NCBI RefSeq assembly: GCF_020745735.1
Contig: NC_083409.1
Location: forward strand, 16,478,789 to 16,542,788
Direction of reading: 5' to 3'
Length of the DNA stretch: 64,000 nucleotides
Origin: Hemiscyllium ocellatum
Taxonomy: Eukaryota
Numbering within the stretch: position 1 is the first letter of the stretch; every line of letters begins with the position of its first letter. A model generated the notes under the pieces. It was not told the DNA's origin. It searched no databases and was given only the letters and a program-made list of their open reading frames with translations. The position numbers were made by a program, and so were the translations under genes. Positions 24,011 through 35,157 of this stretch are shown here, piece by piece.

Positions 24011-25149
24011 AAGAGTGAGACATTTTCCTGTCCTACAGTGCTCCCCAAATCCTTACCTACCCTCCTCATTGTCATACCCTCCTGCCCCTTAATACACATG
24101 GAATTGGACTGCCTGGTCCTGAGGCTTATAACATCTTTCTGGAACAAAGTCTCCAGGTATCTCTGCACCTCCCTGATGTGTCACCAATACTTTCAACTTA
24201 GCCTCCAGTCCAAACACCCTGTGTGGGAGTTGTTGTAGATTTATACATTCACTGCAGATGTATTTAATCTGAGTCACTTTAACTCAATAAAGAAATGTTG
24301 ATCTCATTTACAAATGAAAGATACCCATTCCTCTATTAAACCAGTAATTGTCTTCAGTATCTGAATTAAAGTTTTCGTGCTTTCCATTTATTGACCTTCC
24401 CGAATGGGGGTGTCCCGAAGCAGTACAAGATGACATGAGGATATAGACGGGCTGGGAGGGTCAGATGGGCTCATCAGTAACAAGCGGAATTCATTCAGAT
24501 AAATGTGAGTCAGTGGACTGAGCTCTCCCTGACCATGCGAGTGAGGTGAGGGCAGAGTGACAGCACTTGACACCAAGGCCTCTTTGATGGTGTGTGGCAT
24601 CAAGGAGCCCGAGCAATGCAGCAGCTTTTCACCCGCTGTTCTAGGAAAGGGATCAACATCGGGATCCCTCCGAGCAACTCCTGGGGGTTCTGTCATCGCA
24701 GAGGGACATGTCCTCCTCCTCAGTTCCCACAAACAGCAGCAAGTCAGCCACACACTGTCCAAACTGTTTGGGGGAACTGACCTGAACTCTCACAGCCCTG
24801 TGCCATGCTCTGCTGGAAGATGGAGGGACTATTGGAGAGCCCTTGGCACAGACAGCTCCATCAATATTGTTGGTCTTTAAACGTGAAGTAGAACTTTTCC
24901 TGGTCCTCAGCCCTCCCTGTCCCGATATGGACCAGAATACGTTCAAAATGACCAACTGTGTAAAGACCCACTGCCAGTAAAGTTTTCAATATCTTTGAAA
25001 GGTTATGCTTGTTATTACAGCTCAACACTGTCCCCAACAAACAGTCTCCTGGACAGGGACAGAATAGGGTTAGATCCAGCGTAAAACTCTTTCCATACTG
25101 TTCCCACCAAAGACACCCAGGACAAAGGACAGGATAAGAAACAGAATAA

Positions 25150-25483
25150 AGCTGTCTCCATATTGTCCTCGTCAAACACTCCAGGACAGGGACAGCACTG
25201 TTTGGGTACAGAGTGAAGCTCTCTCTACAGTGTCACAGGAACCTGCCTTAACCCCTGAACCTCAGAGTCTCCCAGAGGCCAGTCTCAAGAAGGAAGAGAG
25301 TTGAAATTCAGTGCTGACAATGACCTTTGTCCTGTCAGCTCAGCCCTGTTCTATTTAAAGTTGTATCTCCTCTGTAGACTGTCTCACACACTCTACACAC
25401 ATTCTGATCTCCTGATGCTCTTGCTGAGGGGAGAGGGGAGTGTCACATGGGTGAGGACACAGGAGAAGTGAGCGTTGGACTGG
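25150..25483 (-). pseudogene. IGKC: Truncated third kappa C-exon remnant (last ~29 codons + 3'UTR + 3' flank)
   Basis: Minus strand reads SNAHFSCVLTHVTLPSPLSKSIRRSECV* (stop 25393-25395), followed by the same 3'UTR as both C exons. Homology breaks at ~25483; the ATTAAA equivalent is mutated. Confidence 0.92.
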
Positions 25484-25869
25484 CAGAAATATCAGTTTGA
25501 ATATTTGTATCGGATACCTCACAAACCCGATGCTTTTTAAATTCCTTTTTGATTGTGGACATTGAAGTCCCCCACCCAGAGTACATTCTGTGCCCTCACT
25601 GCCCTCAGAGCTTCCACTAAGTGCTGTTCAACATGGAGGAGAGACTGACTCATCAGCCGAGGGAGGACAGTACATGGTCATAAGCCAGAGGTTTCACAGA
25701 ATCAGAGAATCATACAGTGTAGAAGAGGTCCCTCATCTGATCATGTCTGTTCCACCAAGGCAAAACTAAATCTACTCTCCATCCACTTTCCAGAACTGGG
25801 CCCAAGGTATTGAATGTTCGGATATTTCAGGCGCTCATCCAGGCATTTTTTAGAAAGGTATATTTTATG

Positions 25870-26300
25870 GGGATCTGCTCTGCTCTTCTCATAGTGTCAT
25901 GGCATCTTCTACTGCCCCCTGAGAGGGCAGACATCAGAACATCCCATCTGAAAGATAATCTCTTAGCACTGAACCTCTGACAGTGTTGCACTCCCTCAAT
26001 ATTGACACATCAGCAGTGCAGCACTCCCTCAGCATGAACTATCTGATAGTGTGGCACTCCCACGGTATTGACTTTCTGACAGTGTGGCATTCCCTCAGTA
26101 CTCACCCTCTGACAGTACTGCACTCCCTCAGTGCTGACCCATCATTAGTGCAACACTTCATCAGTACTGACCCTCCAATAGTGTTGCACTCCCTCAGTGC
26201 TGACTTTCTGACAGTGCAGCATTCCCTCAGTACTGACCCTCTGACAGTGCTGCACTCCCTCAGTGCTGCACTGCACTCTCAGTCTGGATAATTTGCTTCA
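25870..26300 (-). mobile_element. DeuSINE containing an internal 33-bp minisatellite
   Basis: Deu-like flanks (gtgtcatggcatctt..ctgagagggcagac..ctgaaaga; gcactgcac..tcagtctggat). Unit ctgaccctctgacagtgctgcactccctcagtg recurs every 33 bp (25989, 26022, 26055...). Confidence 0.7.
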
Positions 26301-27449
26301 GTGATAGAATCATGTAATGATGGAATCTGTACAATGTTGAAGCAGGCCATTCACCCCAATGAGTTCACACCAATCCTCCGAAGAGCATCCCACCCAGATC
26401 CAAACCACTGCACTATCCTGTAACCCTGCATTTCCCAATGGCTCATCCACCCAGTCTGCTACATTGTGAGTGTGAGGGGAGAGTGCTCCCCACTGAGACC
26501 AGGCTGACACCTCCTGGTCCAATGGCCTGCCTTGTTTCCCCATCCCAGCCCACACTTGGAGGAATGAGACCACCTGGGGAGGCTGGAGATGTTTCCCAGC
26601 CAGAGATAGTGCCTTCAGGAGAGAGATGGAGAGCAGATGTTAGAGGCAGGGAGCAGTGGGGACTGTTGTCTTGAGGTGGGGTGTAGGACACATTGAAGCA
26701 GGCGATGGCCGGTGCTGAACGCTTTCCCCAGAAGGAGTTTGTAAGTTGATCGGTGAAAGTGGGGGGGGATCTCTTGCTGCCTGCTCAGTCACGTCTGAGA
26801 GACACACAGACACATCAGGCACACAGGAGGCAGCTTTCTGTGGATGTTCTCCTGGGGCAGGTCTCATCAATCATGGAGCTATGGTCAGTAACAGTGTAAG
26901 CTGTGCGGCCCTGAAAGCCTGAGTCTGCAACTCAGCTCAGAAGGACATCAGCTCATTCGTCAAACCTGGTTCAGCCCCTGCGCAGCCTTTTCACCACTCT
27001 CAGGTTTTCCCTTGTGCCACAGATCATTCTCCTGAGGGACAGTTGTACTCAGGCCCAGCGGAGTGGACTCGATGGGTTGAATGGCCTTACTTCCACTCCT
27101 ATGTCTTATGATCTTGTCACTCTGTCAGATCCTCTTCAAGAAGCTCATGGCTAACCATCGCCCTCTCCAGGATAGTTAGGGAAGGACAATAAATAGCAGA
27201 CACGTCAATGCTCTCCCCATCCCAGGAGTAATCAAAATAACTGATGGACAATTCAAACAATCAAACTGATGGAAGGTGGTTAACTCAGTCCAGTGATTAA
27301 ACTTCACCTGGTAATTCCTGTATTAAGTTCAAGATGAAACTATCCTGGTCTCTGCTGAATTTAGATCAATTTTCATTGTTAACTTAATACATTTCCATCT
27401 TCATTCTTTCTCTCCAAACTGATCCTAATTTGAATGTTGCAAAAAACAA

Positions 27450-27670
27450 AACATTTTGTTGAAGCTTTTTGTCCTGCATACATCAGGACAATTTACAAGA
27501 AATGTCACAGCAAAGGGAAACAATATTTAAACTGGCGTGTTCATAGTGACAACACCTCAGTCTGTCAGCACTTTCCTCATATGCAATATCAATGTCAGGT
27601 TTTTCTCCTTTGATTGGTACTTTTACAATTATCCTGATGAGTGTAAAATGAAAAGCTTCCAAACACTGGG
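27450..27670. mobile_element. Inverted pair of Penelope-like end fragments with hammerhead-derived cores
   Basis: Plus 27634: CTGATGA-gtgtaaaat-GAAA-AGCTTC. Minus 27456-27491: ttgtc-CTGATGTA-tgcaggac-AAAA-AGCTTC-aacaa. Confidence 0.5.
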
Positions 27671-28194
27671 CATTTTTCAGGCCAGTTCAATATTCTCAAA
27701 TGACTATTTGATCCTAATTTGCTCTTTTGCTTCAGACCTGTTCAAATTCCAAGAAGTAATTCTGTCCCATATTGAATGGAGGACCCAGTTTACCAGCACT
27801 CACTAAATTCCAATCTCGGCATCAAAATATTTTTCCTGATCTCCTTCCTGTACTTGGTGTATGACCAGAGAATGTGTCATTTTGCCTTTCTGTCTGTCAG
27901 TATTGACAGTAAATTTACATTTACTGTGTCAATTTCATAATGAAGTTTTGTTATCAAAATACCCTCCCACCCCCCTTGAGATCCTGTTCTGGCATTTCCT
28001 TGTAACCTCGATCTCCTATCCCTGTCCATTCTGCATTGCCCCTCAATGAAGGCCATAACTATCCACCATATTCCAGATGTGACCTAACCATTCTTCAGTC
28101 CAGCTGTCCTGACCACTCTCCCCTCCATCTCCTCACTCTCAATATTCATTCCAAAGTCCCATTGGCCTTTCCCATGTCTGTTCTTATCAGGACA

Positions 28195-28376
28195 GATTAG
28201 ATTAGATTAGATTAGATTAGATTAGATTGCTTACAGTGTGGAAACAGGCCCTTCGGCCCAACAAGTCCACACCGACCCGCCGAAGCGCAACCCACCCATA
28301 CCCCTACATTTACCCCTTACCTAACACTACGGGCAATTTAGCATGGCCAATTCACCTGACCTGCACATCTTTGGAC
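28195..28376 (-). mobile_element. HE1 SINE 3' half with (GATTA)n tail
   Basis: gattagattag...cttacagtgtggaaacaggcccttcggcccaacaagtccacaccgacccgccgaagcgcaacc. Truncated where the Tx1 element begins. Confidence 0.9.
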
Positions 28377-28539
28377 AGGTGTCGAGTTGTGAGTCATCAG
28401 AGCTAGTGGAGAGATCATCGCTGGATCGTGATCGTGATTGGACATTAGAGGATTGTTTGGTTGTGCTGACCTGCTCTTGGTGGATCTTCATGCTGGCTTT
28501 GGCCTAACGCCAATTCAGGGACCAGCCAACCTTGGAGCC

Positions 28540-29967
28540 ATGGCTGCAAATGTGTTGCTGGTCAAAGCACAGCAGGTTAGGCTCAGCAGCCACTCACAGC
28601 CCTGGACAGGAGGTTCGAAACACAGTCAGGGTGACTGTGAAGAAGGTGGAGGAGCACACACTGGTCGATCGGAGAGTGTTTGTGAAGAAAGTGTTGGTGT
28701 GGGTTTTGAGTAGTGTGTACTGCCTGCAGGATTTCCCTGGGGCTGGCTACTTTGATGTGGCCTTCAGGAGTGTGAAGCATTGTGAGCAGCTCCTGAAAGC
28801 CTTCAAAGAGAAGGAAGGGGAAACTTTTTTTTCCACCTTGTTGGTAGTCCTGTTCTATATGTTCTTTCTGTGCAGAGGAGTTGGGTTGTTACAATCCAAA
28901 TGTACAACCCTTATGTCCCAGCGGCAGATGTTCTCACCTTCTTGAAAAGATATGTCCAGGTCGAAGGAGAGAGCATCGATGTGGTTGATCCTTTTGGGAT
29001 CTGGGCCAGCAAAAGACAGGTCAAGGTAACCCTGAGGGTTGATGCCAGCGGGAACATCCTCCACTCACCCTCCAGCTTCGCCATCGGAGGAAACAGAGGT
29101 TACCTGACGTACGTAGGGCAGCCGAAGGTGTGCCGAACCTACGGGAGGTCAGGCCACATGGCGGCCGACTGTAAGGTGACCGTATGCCAAAACTGCAAAC
29201 AGGAAGGCCACCCGACCAAGGATTGTAAGGAGGCCAAGAATTGTAACCTGTGCGGAGAGGCGGACCACATGTATAAGGCCTGCCCAAGACGAGGATCCGC
29301 CAACTACGCACAGATGGTCGGAGGCACCCAGAAGGAAGGGCAGGCGTTAGCGGAGTAGACGGCAGACAGCGGGGAGGTGCAGCAGCCGATCCAAGCTCCT
29401 TCAAGGCAGATGGAGGAAATGGAAGAGGAGGAATCAAAGGAGGCAGAGGACTGGATCACAGTCAAAAACAGGAAGAGAAAACCTCTCGGGGGCCCCAAAG
29501 CCACCCAGCGAAGGGGGAAGCGACACCTACAAGTCGAAGACGCAGGCAGCTCTTCCGATGGTGAGGACGGGTGTAAGAAGGGTCATCATCAGAGGAAGAG
29601 ACAGAGCGCCGTGGGGAGAAAGGAGGGCAGCACCGCCCAAGAAGGAAAGGACGATCCCTCCGAGGGGACGGGTAAAAGCCTCCCCCTACCCGGTGAGAAC
29701 CAGGAGGTACCCACCGGCCCACAGCTCCAGGTATCTGGGAGGAGCGGTCCTATGACAGCCCTGCCGTCAGACGGAGAACTGGTCAGTGCGGACCACGGGC
29801 CCGACACGAAGACAACAGAGTGGGGTAATGGCCCCAGCGCGGATCCGGACAGCCACCTCAGCCCTGGGAAGGTCCAACAGTTTGCCGCCACCACGGGGAT
29901 GCACACAGCTACCCCAGAGGGGCAAGACCAGCAGCAAATGGACACCGGTAAACCTGTAAACTGTTAA
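28540..29967 (+). pseudogene. Tx1 ORF1 (ZCCHC3-like gag with zinc knuckles), disrupted
   Basis: VRNTVRV..YCLQDFPGAGYFDV..VTIQMYNPYVP..QPKVCRTYGRSGH..CQNCKQEGH..CNLCGEADHMYKAC. Frameshifts and TAG at 29356-29358; TAA at 29965-29967. Confidence 0.88.
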
Positions 29968-29968
29968 A

Positions 29969-32900
29969 ATGGGGTTTAAAATTGCCAGCATCAACGTGCG
30001 TAGCATCAAATCGGCTACGCGATGCGCTTCTACGCTGGCCTTCCTGGCCAGCGTCAAAGCCAATGTCCTCTTTCTGCAGGAGTGTGGGATACCGCACCTC
30101 AGCAGTTACAGGAGGTGGTCAAGCATGTGGGCCCATGGGCCATCAGTTTGGTCGGGGGCAACGATAACCGCTCTTCAGGCCTAGGAATCCTGTTGTGGGG
30201 AGGCAACTTCACCATCTCCGAGGTTAAGGAGGTTGTGGGCAGGCGCCTCCTCGTCACGGATGTTAAATACAGAAACGCTCCCGTAAGACTAATCAACATG
30301 TATACCCCAGTGGGTAAGAGTGAACGGTTGGCCGTCCTGCAGCAGCTTCCACTGTTACTGACTATGTCCAGGCCGGTCATTCTGGCCGGAGACTTCAACT
30401 GTATCGTTGATGCAGATGGATGATCCGGCGGGGGGGACAGTAAACTGGACGCCACGTCCAGAGCCCTGATGGACACGGTAAAAGATGAAAAGCTGCACAA
30501 CGTCTTCAGCACCCCTGCAGATGGAGCGCAGCGTAGATACACCAGGTCACGAGCAGACGGGTCTATCCGCTCAAGGATAGATGACCTGTTTGTGTCCCGA
30601 ACGCTCTCGGTCAGAACCAACGACGTCAAGCCGGTGTTCCTCTCTGAGCACTGCCTCCTGCTGGCTGACTGTCACCTACAGGACGAGGAGCGGGTGGGCA
30701 AGGGAACGTGGAAGCTGAACACAAAGCTATTGACCCTGGAAAACATTGAGGAGCTGAAGAGGAACTATGCAGGTTGGAGAACCGCGAAGCCCCTCTTTGA
30801 GTCTCCAGCATACTGGTGGGAAACAGTAAAAGGGAACATCAAGAGGTTCTTCATCCTCAAAGGTGTTCAGGAGGTGAGACAGAGGCAGGGAAAACTGTCC
30901 CACTCCAGAAAAGTATGCAGAACCTGCTCCTGCTGCAGACGTTGGGGGTCGATGTCACGGAGGACCTCAAGGAGGTGAAGGGCCAGCAAGCCTCGCTCTT
31001 TGCCTCGGAGGCTTCCAAGATAAGCTTCCGGTCCAGGGTCCGCTTGGTGAAGCAGGACGAGATGTGCTCACGTTTCTTCTTCCAGAAGGTGCACAAAGAC
31101 AGCTCTGTGCTCAGCAGCCTGAAGGAAGAAGATGGCTCGGTAACGTCATCACAGGCTGACGTCATGAGGATCAGCAAATCCTTCTATGCTAGTCTGTATG
31201 ATGCGAAGCCAACCGACAGCGTGGCCTCCCAGTCGTTCCTGTCCTCTATCACGGAGGTCCTAGATGACGGAACACAAGAGAGGCTGGACCAGCCGCTATC
31301 TCTGGATGAGCTGACCAGGGCCCTCGAGTCCTTCGAAAAGAATAAAACTCCCGGAAGCGACGGCTTACCGGTCGAGATCTATTCCGCTCTGTGGGACTTT
31401 ATTGGCTGGCACCTGCTGGAGGTGTATGTCAGTATGCTTCGGGCAGGTACCATGAGTGAATCCATGAGGAAAGGCATCATCACCCTCATCTACAAGCAGA
31501 AGGGGGAGAGGGACGAAATTAGAAATTGAAGACCGATCTCACTGTTAAACACAGACTGCAAAATCTTGTCAAAGGTCATCGCCAACCAGGTCAAGTCTGT
31601 TCTGGGAGCGATGATCCACACTGACCAACCTGTGCTGTACTGGGCAGGAAGATCTCTGAGATTCTTGCACTCCTCAGGGATACGCTCGCCTACGTGCAGG
31701 CCAGGGGGGTGGACACCTGCCTCATCAGCCTGGACCAGGAGAAAGCTTTTGACCGGATATCGCGTACATATATGACGGATGTCCTCTCCAAAATGGGCTT
31801 TGGGAGGGAATCGGAAATTGGATCAGACTGCTCTACACCAACATTGTCAGTGCAGTCTCAATCAGTGGGTAGGAATCAAATAGCTTCCCAGTTAGATCTG
31901 GAGTCAGGCAGGGCTGCCCACTCTCTCCTGCCTTGTTTGTGTGTTGCATAGAGCCATTTGCCAAATCCATCAGGAAGGATGCGAGCCTGAGAGGGGTGAC
32001 TATTCCTGGCAGCGGGGGACTACAGGTTAAGGCCTCCCTGTACATGGATGACGGCGCCGTTTTCTGCTCGGATCCGCTGTCCGTGCACAGACTCCTGTGC
32101 ATCTGTGACCAGTTTGAACGGGCCTCAGGGGCCAAGGTAAACCGAGGCAAGAGCAAGGCCATGCTCTTCGGGAACTGGACTGACCAGTCCTATATCCCTT
32201 TCACCATCAGGACTGACCACCTGAAGGTGCTGGGTATTTGGTTCGGGGGTGCTGGGGCGTGCGCCAAGACCTGGGATGAGTGGATCAGGAAGATGAGACA
32301 GAAACTAGGCAGATGGGAGCAATGGTCGCTCTCCATCGCGGGGAAAAACTGGTCATCAGGTGTGAGGTACTCTCAGTATTGTTATATGTGGCACAGGTCT
32401 GGCCTATCCCCAGAACCTGTGCTGCCGCAGTCACCCGGGCCATCTTCCACTTCATGTGGAGATCAAAGATGGACCGGGTCCGACGAGACACTATGTACAA
32501 AGACTGGTGCAATGGGGGACAAAACACTCCCAATGCCACCCTCGCCCTGATGGCCACCTTTGTGTGTGGCTGCATCAAGCTGTGCGTGGATCCCCAGTAC
32601 GCAAACACCAAGTGTCACTATGTACTGAGGTTCTACCTGTCCTCGGTGTTGCGAAGGATGGGCCTGGCCTCGCTGCCGCGGAACGCTCCGAGTAGTTGGA
32701 CCGTTCCATACCACCTGTCCTTCGTGGAGAAAATTTTGAAGAAAAACACCTTTGACCACAAGTCCATCAGGAAGTGGTCAGCACGTAGCGTCCTTGAGAT
32801 CCTTCGGGAAAAGGAGAGGGCAGATCCTGTTGAGTGGTTCCCTGAGCAGACTGTCAAAGCCGTTTGGCAAAATGCCTCATCGCCAGAACTTTCCAACAAG

Positions 32901-33365
32901 CACCAAGACATGGCTTGGCTGGTGGTGAGAAGGGCTCTGCCTGTGAGGTCATTCATGCACGCTCGGACTCTCAGCTACACCGCACGCTGCCCTCGAAGCG
33001 GCTGTGGTGGGGACGAGACTGTCACACACCTCCTTCTGGAATGTGCCTATGCAGAGGAAGTCTGGAGAGGAATGCAGTGGTATTTGTCGAGGTTCGTCCT
33101 GAGCAGCGCCGTGACGCGGGACTCCGTGCTCTATGGGCTGTTCCCAGGAACGCACACCGAGACGAACATCAACTGTGCCTGGACGATCATCAACTCGGTG
33201 AAGGACGCTCTCTGGGCGGTCCGAAACCTGTTGATCTTCCAGCTGAAGGAGTTGACCCCGACTGAGTGTTGCAGACTAGCACATTCCAAGGTCCAGGACT
33301 ATGTGTTGAGGGACGCGCTGAAGCTTGGGGCAGCTGCCGCCAAGGTGCGGGTGGGGAAAGACCAC
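29969..33365 (+). pseudogene. Tx1 ORF2 (endonuclease-reverse transcriptase), disrupted
   Basis: MGFKIASINVRSI..LFLQECG..AGDFNC..SEHC (APE); KTPGSDGLP..DQEKAFDRI..YMDD at 32041-32052 (RT); CPRSGCGGDETVTHLLLEC. Confidence 0.92.
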
Positions 33366-33751
33366 CGTTTAACATCTGCCTGTCTAAAGAAGAACAGGGG
33401 GCCCATGCAGTCAATTGGGCTCTGCTGAGTCCTCAGCTCAATATATGGGCATATGAGTGAGAAATGCACAGACCTGTATACAATAACGATAATTTTGAGC
33501 AGTGTATGTAAATGTTGACATATGTATGGCATTACCAAATGTACAGTTCATCAAATTATTTTATGAATATTTTACAAATAAAGTATAATTTTGAAATAAA
33601 AAAAAAGATGTGTACTGCCTGCAGGATTTTCCTGGTGCAGGTTACTTTGATGTGACCTTCAGAAGTGTGAAGCAGTGCGAACAGCTCCTGAAGGTCTTCA
33701 AGGAGAAGGAGGGGGAGGCACTATTCTCCATCTTGTCGGCGATCCCATTGC

Positions 33752-34846
33752 GTAAAAAATGAGGTCTGCAGATGCTGGAGATCACAGCTGCAAATGTGTT
33801 GCTGGTCAAAGCACAGCAGGTTAGGCAGCATCTCAGGAATAGAGAATTCGACGTTTCGAGCATAAGCCCTTCATCAGGAATAAGAGAGAGAGCCAAGCAG
33901 GCTGAGATAAAAGGTAGGGAGGAGGGACTAGGGGGAGGGGCGATGGAGGTGGGATAGGTGGAAGGAGGTCAAGGTGAGGGTGATAGGCCGGAGTGGGGTG
34001 GGGGGCGGAGAGGTCAGGAAGAGGATTGCAGGTTAGGAGGGCGGTGCTGAGTTGAGGGAACTGACTGAGACAAGGTGGGGGGAGGGGAAATGAGGAAGCT
34101 GGAGAAATCTGAATCCACCCCACCAACCTGCGCATACAACGTATTATCCGCCGCCATTTCCGCCACCTCCAAACGGACCCCACCATCTGACTCCCTTGTC
34201 AGATCCACACCCCCCACCAACCCAACCTCCACCCCCGGCACCTTCCCCTGCAACCGCAGGAAATGTAAAACTTGCGCCCACACCTCCACACTCACTTCCC
34301 TCCAAGGCCCCAAGGGATCCTTCCATATCCGCCACAAGTTCACCTGTACCTCCACACACATCATCTATTGCATCCGCTGCACCCGATGTGGCCTCCTCTA
34401 TATTGGTGAGACAGGCCGCTTACTTGCGGAACGCTTCAGAGAACACCTCTGGGCCGCCCGAACCAACCAACCCAATCACCCCGTGGCTCAACACTTTAAC
34501 TCCCCCTCCCACTCCACCGAGGACATGCAGGTCCTTGGACTCCTCCACCGGCAGAACACAACTACACGACGGCTGGAGGAGGAGCGCCTCATCTTCCGCC
34601 TGGGAACCCTCCAACCACAAGGTATGAATTCAGATTTCTCCAGCTTCCTCATTTCCCCTCCCCCCACCTTGTCTCAGTCGGTTCCCTCAACTCAGCACCG
34701 CCCTCCTAACCTGCAATCCTCTTCCTGACCTCTCCGCCCCCACCCCACTCCGGCCTATCACCCTCACCTTGACCTCCTTCCACCTATCCCACCTCCATCG
34801 CCCCTCCCCCTAGTCCCTCCTCCCTACCTTTTATCTCAGCCTGCTT
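33752..34846. mobile_element. Young Penelope-like insertion (GIY-YIG end + inverted pseudo-LTR) nested in Tx1 copy 2
   Basis: ORF piece PGTFPCNRRKCKTC..IIYCIRCTRCGLLYIGETGR..RFREH..HFNS..RLIFRLGTLQPQGMN on plus. 33893-34113 is the reverse complement of 34627-34849. TSD ggcgatcccattgc at 33738-33751 and 34847-34860. Confidence 0.92.
33846..33881 (-). ncRNA. Minimal hammerhead ribozyme motif in the Penelope pseudo-LTR
   Basis: Minus strand: attc-CTGATGA-a-GGGC-ttat-GCTC-GAAA-C-GTC-gaat. Stem I attc/gaat, stem II 4 bp, loopless palindromic stem III (ACGT), GUC cleavage triplet. Confidence 0.75.
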
Positions 34847-34860
34847 GGCGATCCCATTGC

Positions 34861-35157
34861 CCCAAGCTTCAGCTCGTCCCTCAACACATAGTCCTGGACC
34901 TTGGAATGTGCCAGTCTGCAATACTCAGTCGGGGTCAACTCCTTCAGCTGGAAGATCAACAGGTTTCGGACCACCCAGAGAGCATCCTTCACCGAGTTGA
35001 AGATCCTCCAGGCGCAGTTGATGTTCGTCTCGGTGTGCGTCCCGGGGAACAGGCCGTAGAGCACGGAGTCCCGCATCACGGCGCTGCTCAGGACGAACCT
35101 CGACAAATACCACTGCATTCCTCTCCAGACTTCCTCTGCATAGGCACATTCCAGGAG
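34861..35157 (-). mobile_element. Inverted ~300 bp patch of the Tx1 ORF2 3' end inserted into ORF1 of copy 2
   Basis: Reverse complement matches ~33040-33330 with about 13 differences in ~290 nt (by eye): ECAYAEEVWRGMQWYLSRFVLSS...DYVLRD.LKLG. Confidence 0.9.

Larger units (their letters stand above)
28377..33606 (+). mobile_element. Full-length but inactivated Tx1/L1-clade non-LTR retrotransposon
   Basis: 5'UTR, ORF1 with three CCHC knuckles, ORF2 (APE endonuclease, RT, C-terminal Cys motif), short 3'UTR and A9 tail (33598-33606). Multiple frameshifts and stops. Confidence 0.93.

Noticed and set aside
24388-24955. Cluster of 100-124 aa ORFs as a possible gene exon
   Set aside because: Part is an L2-type RT remnant (VTALDTKA…VWHQGA). 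The rest has no recognisable motif or convincing splice pattern.
25968-26275. Regular repeats as a CRISPR-like array (also 56483-56836)
   Set aside because: Contiguous tandem units without unique spacers in a vertebrate genome; these are minisatellites.
28195-28228. (GATTA)n as a telomere-like repeat
   Set aside because: It is the simple-repeat tail of the HE1 SINE, not TTAGGG.
28870-29358. ZCCHC3-like host gene
   Set aside because: It is followed directly by an APE-RT ORF2 and A-tail, so it is retrotransposon ORF1, and it is disrupted.
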